Assembly (NCBI GenBank): GCA_050251945.1
Contig: JBFWLW010000001.1
Location: 256,001 to 320,000 of the forward strand
Origin: Deferribacterales bacterium
Lineage (GTDB): Bacteria > Chrysiogenota > Deferribacteres > Deferribacterales > Geovibrionaceae
Reading direction: 5' to 3'
Length of the DNA: 64,000 nt
The notes under the pieces are model-generated. The model saw nothing but the letters and a program-made list of their open reading frames with translations. It had not been told where the DNA came from and made no database searches. Position numbers and translations under genes: made by a program. Of the stretch, positions 20,238-30,449 are shown in pieces (position 1 is the stretch's first letter; each line of letters opens with the position of its first letter).

Positions 20238-20377
20238 CCGACTCATGACAAAGTCAGTAAAATGCGAGATCGCGTCGTCGCATGCGCTCCTCGCGAAGAC
20301 AAAAGAACGTCTCTGCGAGGGTTTTAACCCGAAGCAGTCTAATGTGAGTCTGTGTAAATTTAGTTTGTCAACAACCC
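20238..20377. mobile_element. MITE copy 2 (same family as 7812-7995) flanked by an 18-bp near-duplication of a terminator hairpin
   Basis: Ends ccgactcatgacaaagtc / agtttgtcaacaaccc; aaggggcg(c/t)gaagcccct at 20220-20237 and 20378-20395; shared core gagatcgc..cgtcgc..ctcgcgaagac. Confidence 0.78.
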
Positions 20378-20401
20378 AAGGGGCGTGAAGCCCCTAATGT
20401 T

Positions 20402-21037
20402 TTATCCTGCAACGGCAGTGAAGCGTTTTTGGATATAATTTCCTTTTTCTGCTTCGTCTATCATGGCGATAGCGTAATCCGCGTAGCTTATCTCGCTCTT
20501 TCCTTCCGAATTCAGAATAAGCTCATCCTGACCAAGTGTATATTTACCTGTGCGTTCGCCGTCTGCCATAAAAAATGCGGCTGGGCTGAAGAACGTCCAG
20601 TTCACATCGTTTCTTTGTTTGAGAGTATCAAATGCCGCCGCCATGCTTCCGGCGACTCCCTTCCATGCGTCGGGAAAATCCGGAGTGTCAAGCAGACGGA
20701 CTTTATGGTCTTTATCCACATAAAGGGTGCTTGCGCCGCCTACCACGAGGAATCTGTTCGGTTTTCCGGCTAAAATATCAATCAGATGTGTCATGACTGT
20801 CTGATGAAGAATAGGGTCATCATTGACTCCGGTACCGAATGCGTTAATGATAACGTCGTTATCTTTGATATCTGAATATGCGAGTGCCAGAATGTCTTTT
20901 TCGACTATATTTCCTTTGAGACCAGCCATTTTAGCTTTGTTTCTGACAACCGCAGTGACGTCGTGACCTCTTTTCTGTGCTTCCTCCACAAGCATTTTTC
21001 CCTGTTTTCCGCTTGCGCCTATAACTGCTATTTTCAT
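20402..21037 (-). CDS. NAD(P)-dependent oxidoreductase (YwnB-like)
   Basis: IGASGKQG Rossmann motif; WTFFSPAA; SEISYADYAIAMIDE. Confidence 0.9.
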   Translation of the reverse strand: MKIAVIGASGKQGKMLVEEAQKRGHDVTAVVRNKAKMAGLKGNIVEKDILALAYSDIKDNDVIINAFGTGVNDDPILHQTVMTHLIDILAGKPNRFLVVGGASTLYVDKDHKVRLLDTPDFPDAWKGVAGSMAAAFDTLKQRNDVNWTFFSPAAFFMADGERTGKYTLGQDELILNSEGKSEISYADYAIAMIDEAEKGNYIQKRFTAVAG

Positions 21038-21102
21038 AACGTTCTCCTTGTTAAATCAATTTGTATGACTACATTATGGTTTATAGGATATTTTGTAAAG
21101 TA

Positions 21103-21138
21103 AGCACCTTTTTGTGCTATAGTTACCATTTGGAAACT
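21103..21138. promoter_or_regulatory. Candidate HxlR-family operator(s) in divergent promoter
   Basis: AGCAC-N6-GTGCT (21103-21118) and near-palindrome AGTTACCA-TT-TGGAAACT (21121-21138). Confidence 0.5.
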
Positions 21139-21153
21139 ATTGAGGGGGAAGAT

Positions 21154-21483
21154 ATGAAAAGAGAAATGCCTGCCTGTCCTGTGGAAGTTACGCTGATGCT
21201 TATGGGTGATAAGTGGAAGATACTTATAATACGCGACCTTCTGGATGGGACGAAGCGCTTCGGCGAGCTGAAAAAATCTGTTTGCGGCATATCCCAGAAG
21301 ATGCTGACATCAAATCTTCGCGCGATGGAGGAGTGTATGCTTGTTGCCAGAAAGGTCTACGCAGAAGTGCCGCCAAAAGTCGAATATACGCTGACAGAAA
21401 CAGGGTACAGCCTTAAAACGGTATTGGATTCAATGGCAGAGTGGGGTGAAGCGTACAAAAGACAGGCGTCGGCGCTGGTTTAA
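21154..21483 (+). CDS. HxlR family winged-helix regulator
   Basis: CPVEVTL, GDKWKILI, RFGELK, RKVYAEVPPKVEYTLT; SD gagggg before ATG 21154. Confidence 0.93.
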   Translation: MKREMPACPVEVTLMLMGDKWKILIIRDLLDGTKRFGELKKSVCGISQKMLTSNLRAMEECMLVARKVYAEVPPKVEYTLTETGYSLKTVLDSMAEWGEAYKRQASALV

Positions 21484-22769
21484 TCCTCCGCCTTTTGAGA
21501 AACCGATTTGTAGTAATCCTGAAGCTTGTCCGTAAGCATTTTACATGTGTGGTACATTCCGGCATTTATGCGCGTCTGGTAAACGTTATCTGCTTCAATC
21601 TTAACATCTTCCGGTATAAACGTTTTATGCTGTCCGGCATGCAGACAGTTTGGTTTCGGGCAAAGGAATTTCACAGGCAGCATGTCGCCTATGGTACTCC
21701 ATATAACCGGGTCTGCGCCGCAGCTGTTTTTGATTTTATAAGCGTATTCCAGAACCAGTGATTTAACGGCAGGCAGGAAAAGCTTACTGATGAATGACAC
21801 CATCTCTTTATCTGCGTAGCCAAGTTCTGCAAGTTCATAAAGCGATTTATGCACCTCAAGGTTATGCGGATCGGTTTTATTTATTTTAACTAATTCCACA
21901 AAGAGGTTGACCGTTATCAGCATGCGCAGGAAGAAATTTTTTCTGTTCATCTGGTCGGTGAATATCGGCACGGATTTGTCGCCGTCGGCATATGTTTTAA
22001 TTCGTATCGCCTCTTCAACGGAGTCGTCGTTTATCAGCGACTTAGCTATTTGCGCAGAGCGATCTATGCAGTCCTGATTCCGGTCGCAGTCCATAAGCTC
22101 TGCTATGTTCTGCAATACGGAGGTCAGTGCTATCTTCGTGAGGAAACCGCCGGATTCGTCGCCAATGAGAATATTTCTGGAAAAAGGTGTGAGCGCGAGA
22201 CTTATGAATGCCGAATTGAAATTATCGGTTATCAGTTCCCTTTTATCAGTAGCATTTTTGAATATCTTCACCATTGCGGTTATGCCGTCGGACGAGGCAA
22301 GCATGTGATCCACAGCTCTGTTGAAAACGTCAAGTGTTTTGACTTCAAGCAGGTTTTCCCTTATCTTATTGTAAAATGAGCTGTATTGATCCTGCGAAAA
22401 GATGAAATCATTCAGTATCATCTCTATGCGCTCATATGTTTTTGACCGATAGTAGCTCAGAACATCGGACGTACATTTGATGGATATTGATGACGTGTGG
22501 AACCTGTCGTCGTTTACATATCTGTCAAGGAGTGCATCAAGATATTTTCCGATCGGAACTCCTGAATTGATAAGGATTTTACCGTTCGGATCGAAAACTT
22601 CTGAACCGAATGGCATCGACGTGCCTATAAGGGTTAATCCGTTCTTTGCAGCATAATCCAGAAACGAACGTCTGCCCATGCTGCGTAGTTTTGTGATCAG
22701 ATCGTTTTCAGAAATCCCTGTATCTAAAGAAATTAATTCAAAAATGTTGTTATGTTCGATATTTCTCAT
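21480..22769 (-). CDS. Hypothetical protein, probable degenerate HD-GYP fold
   Basis: 429-aa ORF; segments recall the HD-GYP layout but without the metal ligands. Confidence 0.6.
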   Translation of the reverse strand: MRNIEHNNIFELISLDTGISENDLITKLRSMGRRSFLDYAAKNGLTLIGTSMPFGSEVFDPNGKILINSGVPIGKYLDALLDRYVNDDRFHTSSISIKCTSDVLSYYRSKTYERIEMILNDFIFSQDQYSSFYNKIRENLLEVKTLDVFNRAVDHMLASSDGITAMVKIFKNATDKRELITDNFNSAFISLALTPFSRNILIGDESGGFLTKIALTSVLQNIAELMDCDRNQDCIDRSAQIAKSLINDDSVEEAIRIKTYADGDKSVPIFTDQMNRKNFFLRMLITVNLFVELVKINKTDPHNLEVHKSLYELAELGYADKEMVSFISKLFLPAVKSLVLEYAYKIKNSCGADPVIWSTIGDMLPVKFLCPKPNCLHAGQHKTFIPEDVKIEADNVYQTRINAGMYHTCKMLTDKLQDYYKSVSQKAED

Positions 22770-22921
22770 ATCTTCTCACATAGAGTAAGCATCGCTAAGT
22801 ATAATACAAATTTGAGTTTTGAACAGCATAATGTATATATTTGCATGATTATTATCTTAAAATTGAACATATCTCAATTCGTAAAGTCTTTGACTTGAAA
22901 TGTAAGAGGTGATAAATAATT

Positions 22922-23566
22922 ATGATGGATTTTAATATAGCGGAATACATACGATTTATAGCGCTGGCGATAGTTCCGTTCATGTTTGCGGTGACCGTTC
23001 ACGAGTTTTCACACGGCATGAGCGCATATATGCTTGGCGACGACACGGCAAAACGAGCGGGCAGGCTGACCCTTAACCCAATCGCCCATATTGACCTTTT
23101 CGGGCTTTTGTTTCTGATAATCACACGCCTTTTCGGGTGGGCAAAACCTGTTCCGGTGAATTACGGCAATCTTTACCGAAAAACCAGATACGGTCCCGCC
23201 ATAGTGGCTTTCGCAGGTCCACTGTCAAACTTTGTGCTGGCGATAGTTTCGGCGATTATCCTTCGCATACTGTACAATGTTCAGGTGCAGGAAGGCAGTA
23301 TGCTTATGAAAGTGCTGGTTCCCGTTGCGGGGATGCTTAAAATATCGGTATCCATCAACCTTGCGCTGTTCATTTTCAACCTGATACCAATTCCGCCGCT
23401 GGACGGAGGGCGCATCGTCACGAATTTCCTGCCTTATGACAAGGCTGTTAAATTTGCTTCCATAGAGAGATACGGGTTTATCATCATCCTGCTTCTGTTC
23501 CTTACAAGGGCGATAGACTACGTTCTTTTGCCGGCGATGAATTTTTTTATGAATATTCTTCTTTAG
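22922..23566 (+). CDS. Site-2 protease (M50 family)
   Basis: HEFSHG, AGPLSN, FNLIPIPPLDGG. Confidence 0.95.
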   Translation: MMDFNIAEYIRFIALAIVPFMFAVTVHEFSHGMSAYMLGDDTAKRAGRLTLNPIAHIDLFGLLFLIITRLFGWAKPVPVNYGNLYRKTRYGPAIVAFAGPLSNFVLAIVSAIILRILYNVQVQEGSMLMKVLVPVAGMLKISVSINLALFIFNLIPIPPLDGGRIVTNFLPYDKAVKFASIERYGFIIILLLFLTRAIDYVLLPAMNFFMNILL

Positions 23567-23577
23567 AGGTTTTATAG

Positions 23578-24558
23578 ATGGAAAAAGTATTGAGCGGGAT
23601 GCGTCCCACGGGCAGACTGCATATCGGACATTATTACGGAGCGCTTAAAAACTGGCTGGATCTGCAGGAAAAGCATGAATGCTTTTATTTCGTTGCAGAC
23701 TGGCACGCACTCACAACTAATTATGAAAACCCGGAAGACATTATAGAGAACCGCAGACAGCTTGTTTTCGACTGGCTGAGTGTCGGCATCGACCCCAACA
23801 AATGTACTATGTTTGTTCAGTCTCATAACATCTATCATGCAGAACTGAGCCTTCTGCTCTCGATGCTTACACCTGTGAGCTGGCTGGAAAGATGTCCCAC
23901 ATACAAAGAGATTAAACAGGAACAGACGAATAAGGATCTGTCAAACCTTGGTTTTCTCAGCTATCCGGTGCTTATGACCGCGGACATCATCATGTATAAC
24001 GCAACCTATGTGCCTGTCGGCGAAGACCAGCTCCCACACATAGAGATAAGCCGTGAGATAATCCGCAGATTCCACCACCTTTATAACTGCGAAGTGTTTA
24101 CAGAACCGAAAGGTGTTCTGACGGAAGTTCCAAGACTCCCAGGGCTTGACGGAAGAAAGATGAGCAAAAGCTACGGAAATGCCATAATGCTTTCAGAAGA
24201 CCTGAAAGAGGTTGAGAGCAAAATTAAAAAGATGGTGACTGACACCAACCGCCAGAGACTGAAAGACCCCGGAAACCCAGAAATATGCCCTGTGTTTGAC
24301 TATCATAAAGTGTTCTCCACCGAAGAGGAAAGAGAATATATCATAAAGGGCTGCACATCGGCAGGAATAGGCTGTATGGAATGTAAAATGATACTATACA
24401 GGCACATGCAGAAACTTCTGGAACCCATTCAGGAGCGCCGCAGAAAATTTGAAAGCGAGATCAAAGACATAAATGAGTTCTTAAAGCCCATGCAGGACAA
24501 AGCCAACGAAGAGGCAGCCTGCATGATGGAAAAAGTGAGGAAAGCGCTTAAAATATGA
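23578..24558 (+). CDS. trpS: Tryptophan--tRNA ligase
   Basis: HIGH, VPVGEDQ, KMSKS. Confidence 0.98.
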   Translation: MEKVLSGMRPTGRLHIGHYYGALKNWLDLQEKHECFYFVADWHALTTNYENPEDIIENRRQLVFDWLSVGIDPNKCTMFVQSHNIYHAELSLLLSMLTPVSWLERCPTYKEIKQEQTNKDLSNLGFLSYPVLMTADIIMYNATYVPVGEDQLPHIEISREIIRRFHHLYNCEVFTEPKGVLTEVPRLPGLDGRKMSKSYGNAIMLSEDLKEVESKIKKMVTDTNRQRLKDPGNPEICPVFDYHKVFSTEEEREYIIKGCTSAGIGCMECKMILYRHMQKLLEPIQERRRKFESEIKDINEFLKPMQDKANEEAACMMEKVRKALKI

Positions 24559-25277
24559 GCCATTTGCTCGACGTCCGGCTGGATAATTTTGAAGGTCCTC
24601 TCGACCTGCTTATCCACCTGATATATAAGAACGAACTGAATATTTACGACATTCCCATAGCCTTCATTGCCGGACAGTTTGTCGATGCGGTGCAGGAGAT
24701 GGAAAAGATGGATATTGAGATTGCCGCCGAGTTTATAAACATGGCGTCATATCTCATCTATCTGAAATCAAGGATGCTTCTGCCGAAAGAATCTCTGCCT
24801 CTGGAAGAGCTTGATCCGGAAGAGGAAAAATTCATTCTGACACAGAGACTGGTGGAATATTCGTTCTATAAGGACATTGCGCTGAAACTGAGAGAACTTG
24901 AAAATGACTCCGGAAAATATCTTATGAGAGGTTCCGCAATATTCATTGAGCGCGAATCCATACAGACGGAGGATCCATACCGTATCGCGAACGCCTTTTT
25001 CTGCGCGTTGGAAAAAGACGTTGAAAAACCCATGAAGTTTGAAAAAAACATAGTGGATGTATCTGATGTCATTGTGAAGATAAAGGATCTTGTTTATGAA
25101 AAGCAGAAGCTTTTCTGGACTGATATCGTCAAAACCTGCGTAAGCAGACGTGAAGTGGTCATATCCTTCCTTTCAGTTCTGGAACTGATGCGCCTTGCCA
25201 TCATCCGCGCTATGCAGGCTGAAACCTTCGGGGAGATAGTGATAGAGCAAATTCAGCAGGGAACGGCAAATGGATAG
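24555..25277 (+). CDS. scpA: Segregation and condensation protein A
   Basis: FEGPLDLL, KSRMLLP, FLSVLEL. Confidence 0.95.
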   Translation: MSHLLDVRLDNFEGPLDLLIHLIYKNELNIYDIPIAFIAGQFVDAVQEMEKMDIEIAAEFINMASYLIYLKSRMLLPKESLPLEELDPEEEKFILTQRLVEYSFYKDIALKLRELENDSGKYLMRGSAIFIERESIQTEDPYRIANAFFCALEKDVEKPMKFEKNIVDVSDVIVKIKDLVYEKQKLFWTDIVKTCVSRREVVISFLSVLELMRLAIIRAMQAETFGEIVIEQIQQGTANG

Positions 25278-25785
25278 AGAAAAGAAAATATTCTACAGCT
25301 CACTGTTTCTGGCAGGCGAACCGCTGGATAATAAATTTTTCCGCAAGATACTCGACCCTATCAACCTCGAAAACAGGCTTCTGGACTATATGGAGCAGTT
25401 TAACGGCATGTCGCTGGGTATGAAGATACGTCAGGTGTCCGGCGGTTTTCAGATGGTCACCGATAAAGAACTCTTCACAGAACTGGAACCTTTCTTCGGT
25501 GAAAAAACAGAGACACTCAGCCGCGCATCGCTTGAAACGGCTGCAATAATAGCCTACAAACAGCCTATCACAAGGCTTGAAATAGACGAGATCAGAGGGG
25601 TTAATTCCTCCGGAACTGTAAGATATCTGCTGGACAAGAACCTTGTAAAGGTTACTGGCAGAAAGGACGTTCCGGGAAAACCTCTGCTCTACAGCACAAC
25701 CAAGTTTTTCCTTGAATATATGGGAATCAACGACATCTCCGAACTGCCGACGTTCAGAGAATGGCAGGAACTTAAAACCAAATAA
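25270..25785 (+). CDS. scpB: Segregation and condensation protein B
   Basis: LETAAIIAYKQPITRLEIDEIRGV, PGKPLLY. Confidence 0.95.
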   Translation: MDREKKIFYSSLFLAGEPLDNKFFRKILDPINLENRLLDYMEQFNGMSLGMKIRQVSGGFQMVTDKELFTELEPFFGEKTETLSRASLETAAIIAYKQPITRLEIDEIRGVNSSGTVRYLLDKNLVKVTGRKDVPGKPLLYSTTKFFLEYMGINDISELPTFREWQELKTK

Positions 25786-26471
25786 TGATAAGACTTAACA
25801 AATATTTAGCAGAGAATACATCTCTTTCCAGAAGGGATGCCGACAAAGCTGTTGCGGATGGACGGGTAACCGTTAACGGTGCAGTTGCCGAAGGTCCGTG
25901 GGTACAGGTGGATGAAACCTCCGCTGTAACTCTTGATGGTGAGAAAGTTGGAGTGGAAGACTACTTCTACTGGGCATTTTACAAGCCTGTAAAGATAGTT
26001 ACGGCATATGGCGACGGACAGGGAAAAGAGACTCTGGATGTTTTTCCGAAACTGGCAGAGAAAAAACCGGCATATTCCGGCAGGCTCGATTATGACAGCG
26101 AAGGGCTGATAATTTTCAGCAACGATGGCGATTTCATCAGAAAATTGCAGAAAAGCGATGAAAAGATACAGAAAGAATATATCGTAAGTGTGACAAGACG
26201 TCTGCATCAGGCTCAGATTGATGAGCTGAAACGCGGAATCACATATGAAGGCATAGACTATCTGCCGTGTATCGTCACGGAGACCGAAGAGAGACGCTAT
26301 CGTGTAATTCTTTATGAAGGAAAGAAGCGCCAGATACGCAACATGTTCAGGTATTTCAACATTCAGGTGAAGAGACTGAAACGTGTACGCATCGGTCGTA
26401 TAAACCTCGACGGCATGAAGGCGGGCGAAATGAGGGTGCTTTCACGAAAAGATCTGGAAGGAATGTTATAA
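25785..26471 (+). CDS. rluB: RsuA/RluB family pseudouridine synthase
   Basis: S4 domain, GRLDYDSEGL, EGKKRQIR; follows scpB. Confidence 0.85.
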   Translation: MIRLNKYLAENTSLSRRDADKAVADGRVTVNGAVAEGPWVQVDETSAVTLDGEKVGVEDYFYWAFYKPVKIVTAYGDGQGKETLDVFPKLAEKKPAYSGRLDYDSEGLIIFSNDGDFIRKLQKSDEKIQKEYIVSVTRRLHQAQIDELKRGITYEGIDYLPCIVTETEERRYRVILYEGKKRQIRNMFRYFNIQVKRLKRVRIGRINLDGMKAGEMRVLSRKDLEGML

Positions 26472-26833
26472 TGTACAGAGTAAGAGTTATACAGCAATTC
26501 AATGGTGCGCATAACCTGCGGAATTATAACGGAAAATGCGAAAATCTGCATGGACATAACTGGCGTGTCGAAGCCTATCTTCAGGGTGACAGACTGAACG
26601 GAACGGAGATGCTTGTGGACTTCACCGTGCTTAAAAAAAGACTTAAAGACATACTTGAGGAATTAGATCATAAATACTTGAATGAACAGGTTGAATTCTT
26701 TGTTCAGAATAACCCGACAAGCGAAAACATCGCCCGGTTTATATATGGAAGACTTAAAGATACATTCGGAGAACTTACCGAGCGTGTTGTCGTCTGGGAA
26801 ACAGACGTTCAGGCGGCAGAGTACTTTGAATGA
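26471..26833 (+). CDS. queD: 6-carboxytetrahydropterin synthase
   Basis: AHNLR..GKCENLHGHN, DHKYLN, NPTSEN. Confidence 0.95.
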   Translation: MYRVRVIQQFNGAHNLRNYNGKCENLHGHNWRVEAYLQGDRLNGTEMLVDFTVLKKRLKDILEELDHKYLNEQVEFFVQNNPTSENIARFIYGRLKDTFGELTERVVVWETDVQAAEYFE

Positions 26834-26872
26834 TCCTAAGTTTCAGTTAAAATAATAGAAAAAGGATATCTG

Positions 26873-28285
26873 ATGCTTTTCGGAACAAAAGAGCCGGATA
26901 TTTTTGAAGCCCACAGCCTGTATGTGGAGGGGAAATATGCAAAAGCCCTTCACGCATACGAAGCGTATTATGCTCAAAACAGCGATAGTTTATCCGCTGT
27001 CAGAATGATGTCTAACATCTGTTTCATGGCGGAGGACAGGGAGAAAGGCGAATTACTCCTTATCAAACTTACAGACAGATTCCTTGCCGCAGGGTACTTT
27101 TATGAAGCACTCAGCATCGTTTCAAAACTGATAATAGTATCCTCCGATAAACCGAGGTTTTACAGGCTTGCCCATGACATATATGAAAAAATGGGGCGGC
27201 AGAAACTTGCCGTGCGCTATCTTTTCGCTTTGGCGGATATGTATAAATCTGCAGGGAAATTCAGCGAATGTTCCGTTCTGCTGACAGAAATATTCAGACG
27301 AAACGCTGACGACAGGCGCTTAATAATCAAAGTTTTACGTAAACTTACTGTTCTGGGGTCGTATCAGGAGCTTTCGGATATTTTGGCTGACTGTGTTGAA
27401 AGCCGTGTTTTGAGCGATTTCGAGATTGATGATATGGTAGTCTACCTTCTGGAATCCGGATGCAGAGCTGACCTTGTAATGCCTTTTCTGAAAAGCTTCC
27501 TCAAACGCAACCCGGATAACTTTGAAATGGCGGAAGGAGCAATTACGGCTTATTTCAGCAAAGATTTCAATGCGGATGAATTCAACGAAATCATCGCCTC
27601 GGCACCAGCGGAAGCAACATACGGCATATCCATGGAGATAAAAGAGGCGGTTGCGGACAAAGCAGTTTTAAATCATCTGCTCTATCTTGAATCGCTGAAA
27701 GAGGACAGGAACAGGATAAAAGGGCTGATATGCGAGATGTATCTTGATAATGCGCTTGATATGAGGAGCATAGAAGACATATGCGCAAGATCCGGCTGTG
27801 ACATCGCACTTGAGGAAGCCGGCAAAATGGTGGCTTCGGAATCCCATGCTCAGGAAAAGCCTGCTGTGGAACAGACAGAACCTGTGATTGAAACCTTTGA
27901 ACAGACAGAGGATATCTCGGAATATGAACCGATGAAGCTGGATAGTTTTGTGGCGGACGATGGAGCGCCGACAGTGGACACGGCAATTGATATAGCAGAC
28001 GATTTCGGACTTACGGATCCGGTGCAGAATTCGGACACCTCGTTCAGCGGATTTGAAACTTTTAATTTGGCGGATGAAAAGCATAACAATGACAATGTAT
28101 TCAAAGGTTTTGAGGATATAGATATAGACGCAAAGAATGAAACAGACTATTTTGAAGGTCTGGTTGAAGAGAAAAAAGAGGAAAAGAAAGAGAAGGTTGT
28201 GTCGATAAGTTTTGACGAATCCGACCTGAAACCGTCGTCTGAAAAAAAGACTGACGATTTCTTTTCTCAGGAAATGGAAGGCTGA
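26873..28285 (+). CDS. Hypothetical protein, TPR-like N-terminus and very acidic C-terminal tail
   Basis: Helical repeat pattern over the first ~200 aa; D/E/F-rich last ~140 aa. Confidence 0.65.
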   Translation: MLFGTKEPDIFEAHSLYVEGKYAKALHAYEAYYAQNSDSLSAVRMMSNICFMAEDREKGELLLIKLTDRFLAAGYFYEALSIVSKLIIVSSDKPRFYRLAHDIYEKMGRQKLAVRYLFALADMYKSAGKFSECSVLLTEIFRRNADDRRLIIKVLRKLTVLGSYQELSDILADCVESRVLSDFEIDDMVVYLLESGCRADLVMPFLKSFLKRNPDNFEMAEGAITAYFSKDFNADEFNEIIASAPAEATYGISMEIKEAVADKAVLNHLLYLESLKEDRNRIKGLICEMYLDNALDMRSIEDICARSGCDIALEEAGKMVASESHAQEKPAVEQTEPVIETFEQTEDISEYEPMKLDSFVADDGAPTVDTAIDIADDFGLTDPVQNSDTSFSGFETFNLADEKHNNDNVFKGFEDIDIDAKNETDYFEGLVEEKKEEKKEKVVSISFDESDLKPSSEKKTDDFFSQEMEG

Positions 28286-28286
28286 C

Positions 28287-30446
28287 GTGAGATTCAGATT
28301 CAGACCCAAACTCTCGGGAACTTCCGGGGCAAACTGGAAAAACAAATACACATACGCTTTTATCCTTGTGACACTGCTGGTGTTCAATATTATGGCATCG
28401 TCCGAAATATTCGATAACGAGTTCCCATGGTATTCAAACATATCCATCTTCCTGTTAGTCAACATAAATATCATCCTGCTAATTGTTGTCTGCATACTTA
28501 TATTCAGAAACCTTGGCAAGCTTTACATAGACCGCAAAAAGAACATCTTCGGCACCAGACTGCAGGGCAGGCTGGTCTCGTTTTCAATAATCATAGCGGT
28601 AATTCCTGTTGTCATTGTTTTTGTGTTCTCCAATAAGGTCATAAACAAAAGTATAGATAAATGGTTTAATTCCCAGATACAGCAGGCACTTGAAAGCTCT
28701 GTCAGCCTTATGCAGAAATATCAGACCCAGCTTGAAAACTATGTCATTGAACAGAGCGACCTGCTGGCGAGCTTTATATCATCCGGCGATTTCGTTTATA
28801 AAAACAACAAAACAAAAATGGAAAAATTCATTAACGGATATATGGAAAAAGACCGCATTGACGGAATTTCCATTTATAACTCCTATAATGAAAAGATATT
28901 GTCCGTTCACAAAAAGAAGGACAGAACCAGAAAGGTTGTCGATAATGATACGATCGACCGCATACTGAACAAAGAGCTGATAGCCAGATACGCAATGGAC
29001 AAGGACAACCAGATATATTGGGTCGGACGCCCGATATATTCGGGAAAGAACACGAACAAAATAATCGGCGCGGTAGTCGTTTATAAAAAAGTGCCTAAGA
29101 ACGAAGCGTCCGATATTGCAAATATTCTCACATCTTACAATACATACAGACAGACCGAGCATTTCGCCAATCCGGTTAAGAACTCGTTCAAGGCTCTTAC
29201 TATGCTGATGACGCTTCTGGTGGTGTTTGCCGCCATTTGGGGCAGTCTCGTGTATGCGAAGAGTATAACACGCCCCATAGAAAACCTTGCGTCTGCGTCG
29301 GCTGCCGTTTCCAAGGGTAATCTTGATGTCGAGGTGGACGTGCAGGGCAACGACGAACTTGCATACCTCGCCCGATCGTTTAACTCCATGATAAAGCGGC
29401 TGAACGCCCACAACACCGAACTGAATCTGAAAAACGAAAAGCTGTCGGAAATGTTCATACAAATAACACGGGACAATCAGTACATTGACTCAATATTCAA
29501 GAACGTTAAATCAGCAATATTCCTTTATACCCATAGCTTTGAACTGCTGAAAAAGAACGATTACGCGGAAACGGTCATAGAATTTGCGAATGAGGCTTTC
29601 CTTTCTTCCGTGCTCACGCCCGCTGCGTCATTTATTGAAACCGAGGAGCGCGAGACCCAGTTCCAGATTGAGATACTGCTGAAAGGTGAACTGCGCACAA
29701 TGACCACCACCATAACCAAGATTTTCAGCCGCGACGGAGAGGTTGACAACCTTGTTATAGTTCTGGACGACATAACCGACCTGATGAACTTCCAGCGCGT
29801 CGGTATCTGGAAAGAGATAGCAACCCGCATCGCACACGAGATAAAAAACCCGCTGACCCCTATAAAGCTCACTGCGGAAAGGATAAGACGAAAGGCATCC
29901 ATGGGGGAGAGCGACAAAGACACCATAATGAACAGCATGGACACCATCATTGCTGAGGTGGAGAGCCTGCAAAGCATGGTGAACGAGTTCAACATGTTTG
30001 CGCGTCTTCCGGAGCTTAAGATGGTGCAGTTCAGTCTTAAGGGGCTTTTTGACGAGATATATGCTTTTTATGCGGCGTCAAAAACTGTCGACTTTGAAAT
30101 AAACTGCCCGGAGATAGGATTTGTGGGCGATAAATCCCAGCTTAAAAGAGTTTTTATCAATCTGATAAATAATTCCATTGACGCTATGAACAGGAAAGGT
30201 AAAATAACCGTGAACGTATCTGAAATCGACGGCATTATCCGCATAGATTACAGAGACAACGGAGAGGGTATCCCTCAGGAAGACGTCACAAGGGTCTTCA
30301 TTCCGTATTTCAGCAAGAAACCGGACGGCACAGGGCTGGGGCTTGCTATTGTTAAGAAAATAATTGAGGTTCACAACGGAAGTATTACCGTTGAGAGCGA
30401 ATACGGACAATACACACGTTTTCTTATGGAGTTTCGCAAGGCTTAA
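28287..30446 (+). CDS. ntrY: NtrY-like sensor histidine kinase (HAMP, HisKA, HATPase)
   Basis: SIDKWF, WKEIATRIAHEIKNPLTPI, GTGLGLAIVKKII. Confidence 0.88.
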   Translation: MRFRFRPKLSGTSGANWKNKYTYAFILVTLLVFNIMASSEIFDNEFPWYSNISIFLLVNINIILLIVVCILIFRNLGKLYIDRKKNIFGTRLQGRLVSFSIIIAVIPVVIVFVFSNKVINKSIDKWFNSQIQQALESSVSLMQKYQTQLENYVIEQSDLLASFISSGDFVYKNNKTKMEKFINGYMEKDRIDGISIYNSYNEKILSVHKKKDRTRKVVDNDTIDRILNKELIARYAMDKDNQIYWVGRPIYSGKNTNKIIGAVVVYKKVPKNEASDIANILTSYNTYRQTEHFANPVKNSFKALTMLMTLLVVFAAIWGSLVYAKSITRPIENLASASAAVSKGNLDVEVDVQGNDELAYLARSFNSMIKRLNAHNTELNLKNEKLSEMFIQITRDNQYIDSIFKNVKSAIFLYTHSFELLKKNDYAETVIEFANEAFLSSVLTPAASFIETEERETQFQIEILLKGELRTMTTTITKIFSRDGEVDNLVIVLDDITDLMNFQRVGIWKEIATRIAHEIKNPLTPIKLTAERIRRKASMGESDKDTIMNSMDTIIAEVESLQSMVNEFNMFARLPELKMVQFSLKGLFDEIYAFYAASKTVDFEINCPEIGFVGDKSQLKRVFINLINNSIDAMNRKGKITVNVSEIDGIIRIDYRDNGEGIPQEDVTRVFIPYFSKKPDGTGLGLAIVKKIIEVHNGSITVESEYGQYTRFLMEFRKA

Positions 30447-30449
30447 ACT

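Noticed and set aside
22861..22879. aattgaacatatctcaatt as an FNR/CRP box
   Set aside because: Spacing and half-sites do not match TTGAT-N4-ATCAA; AT-rich context makes chance likely
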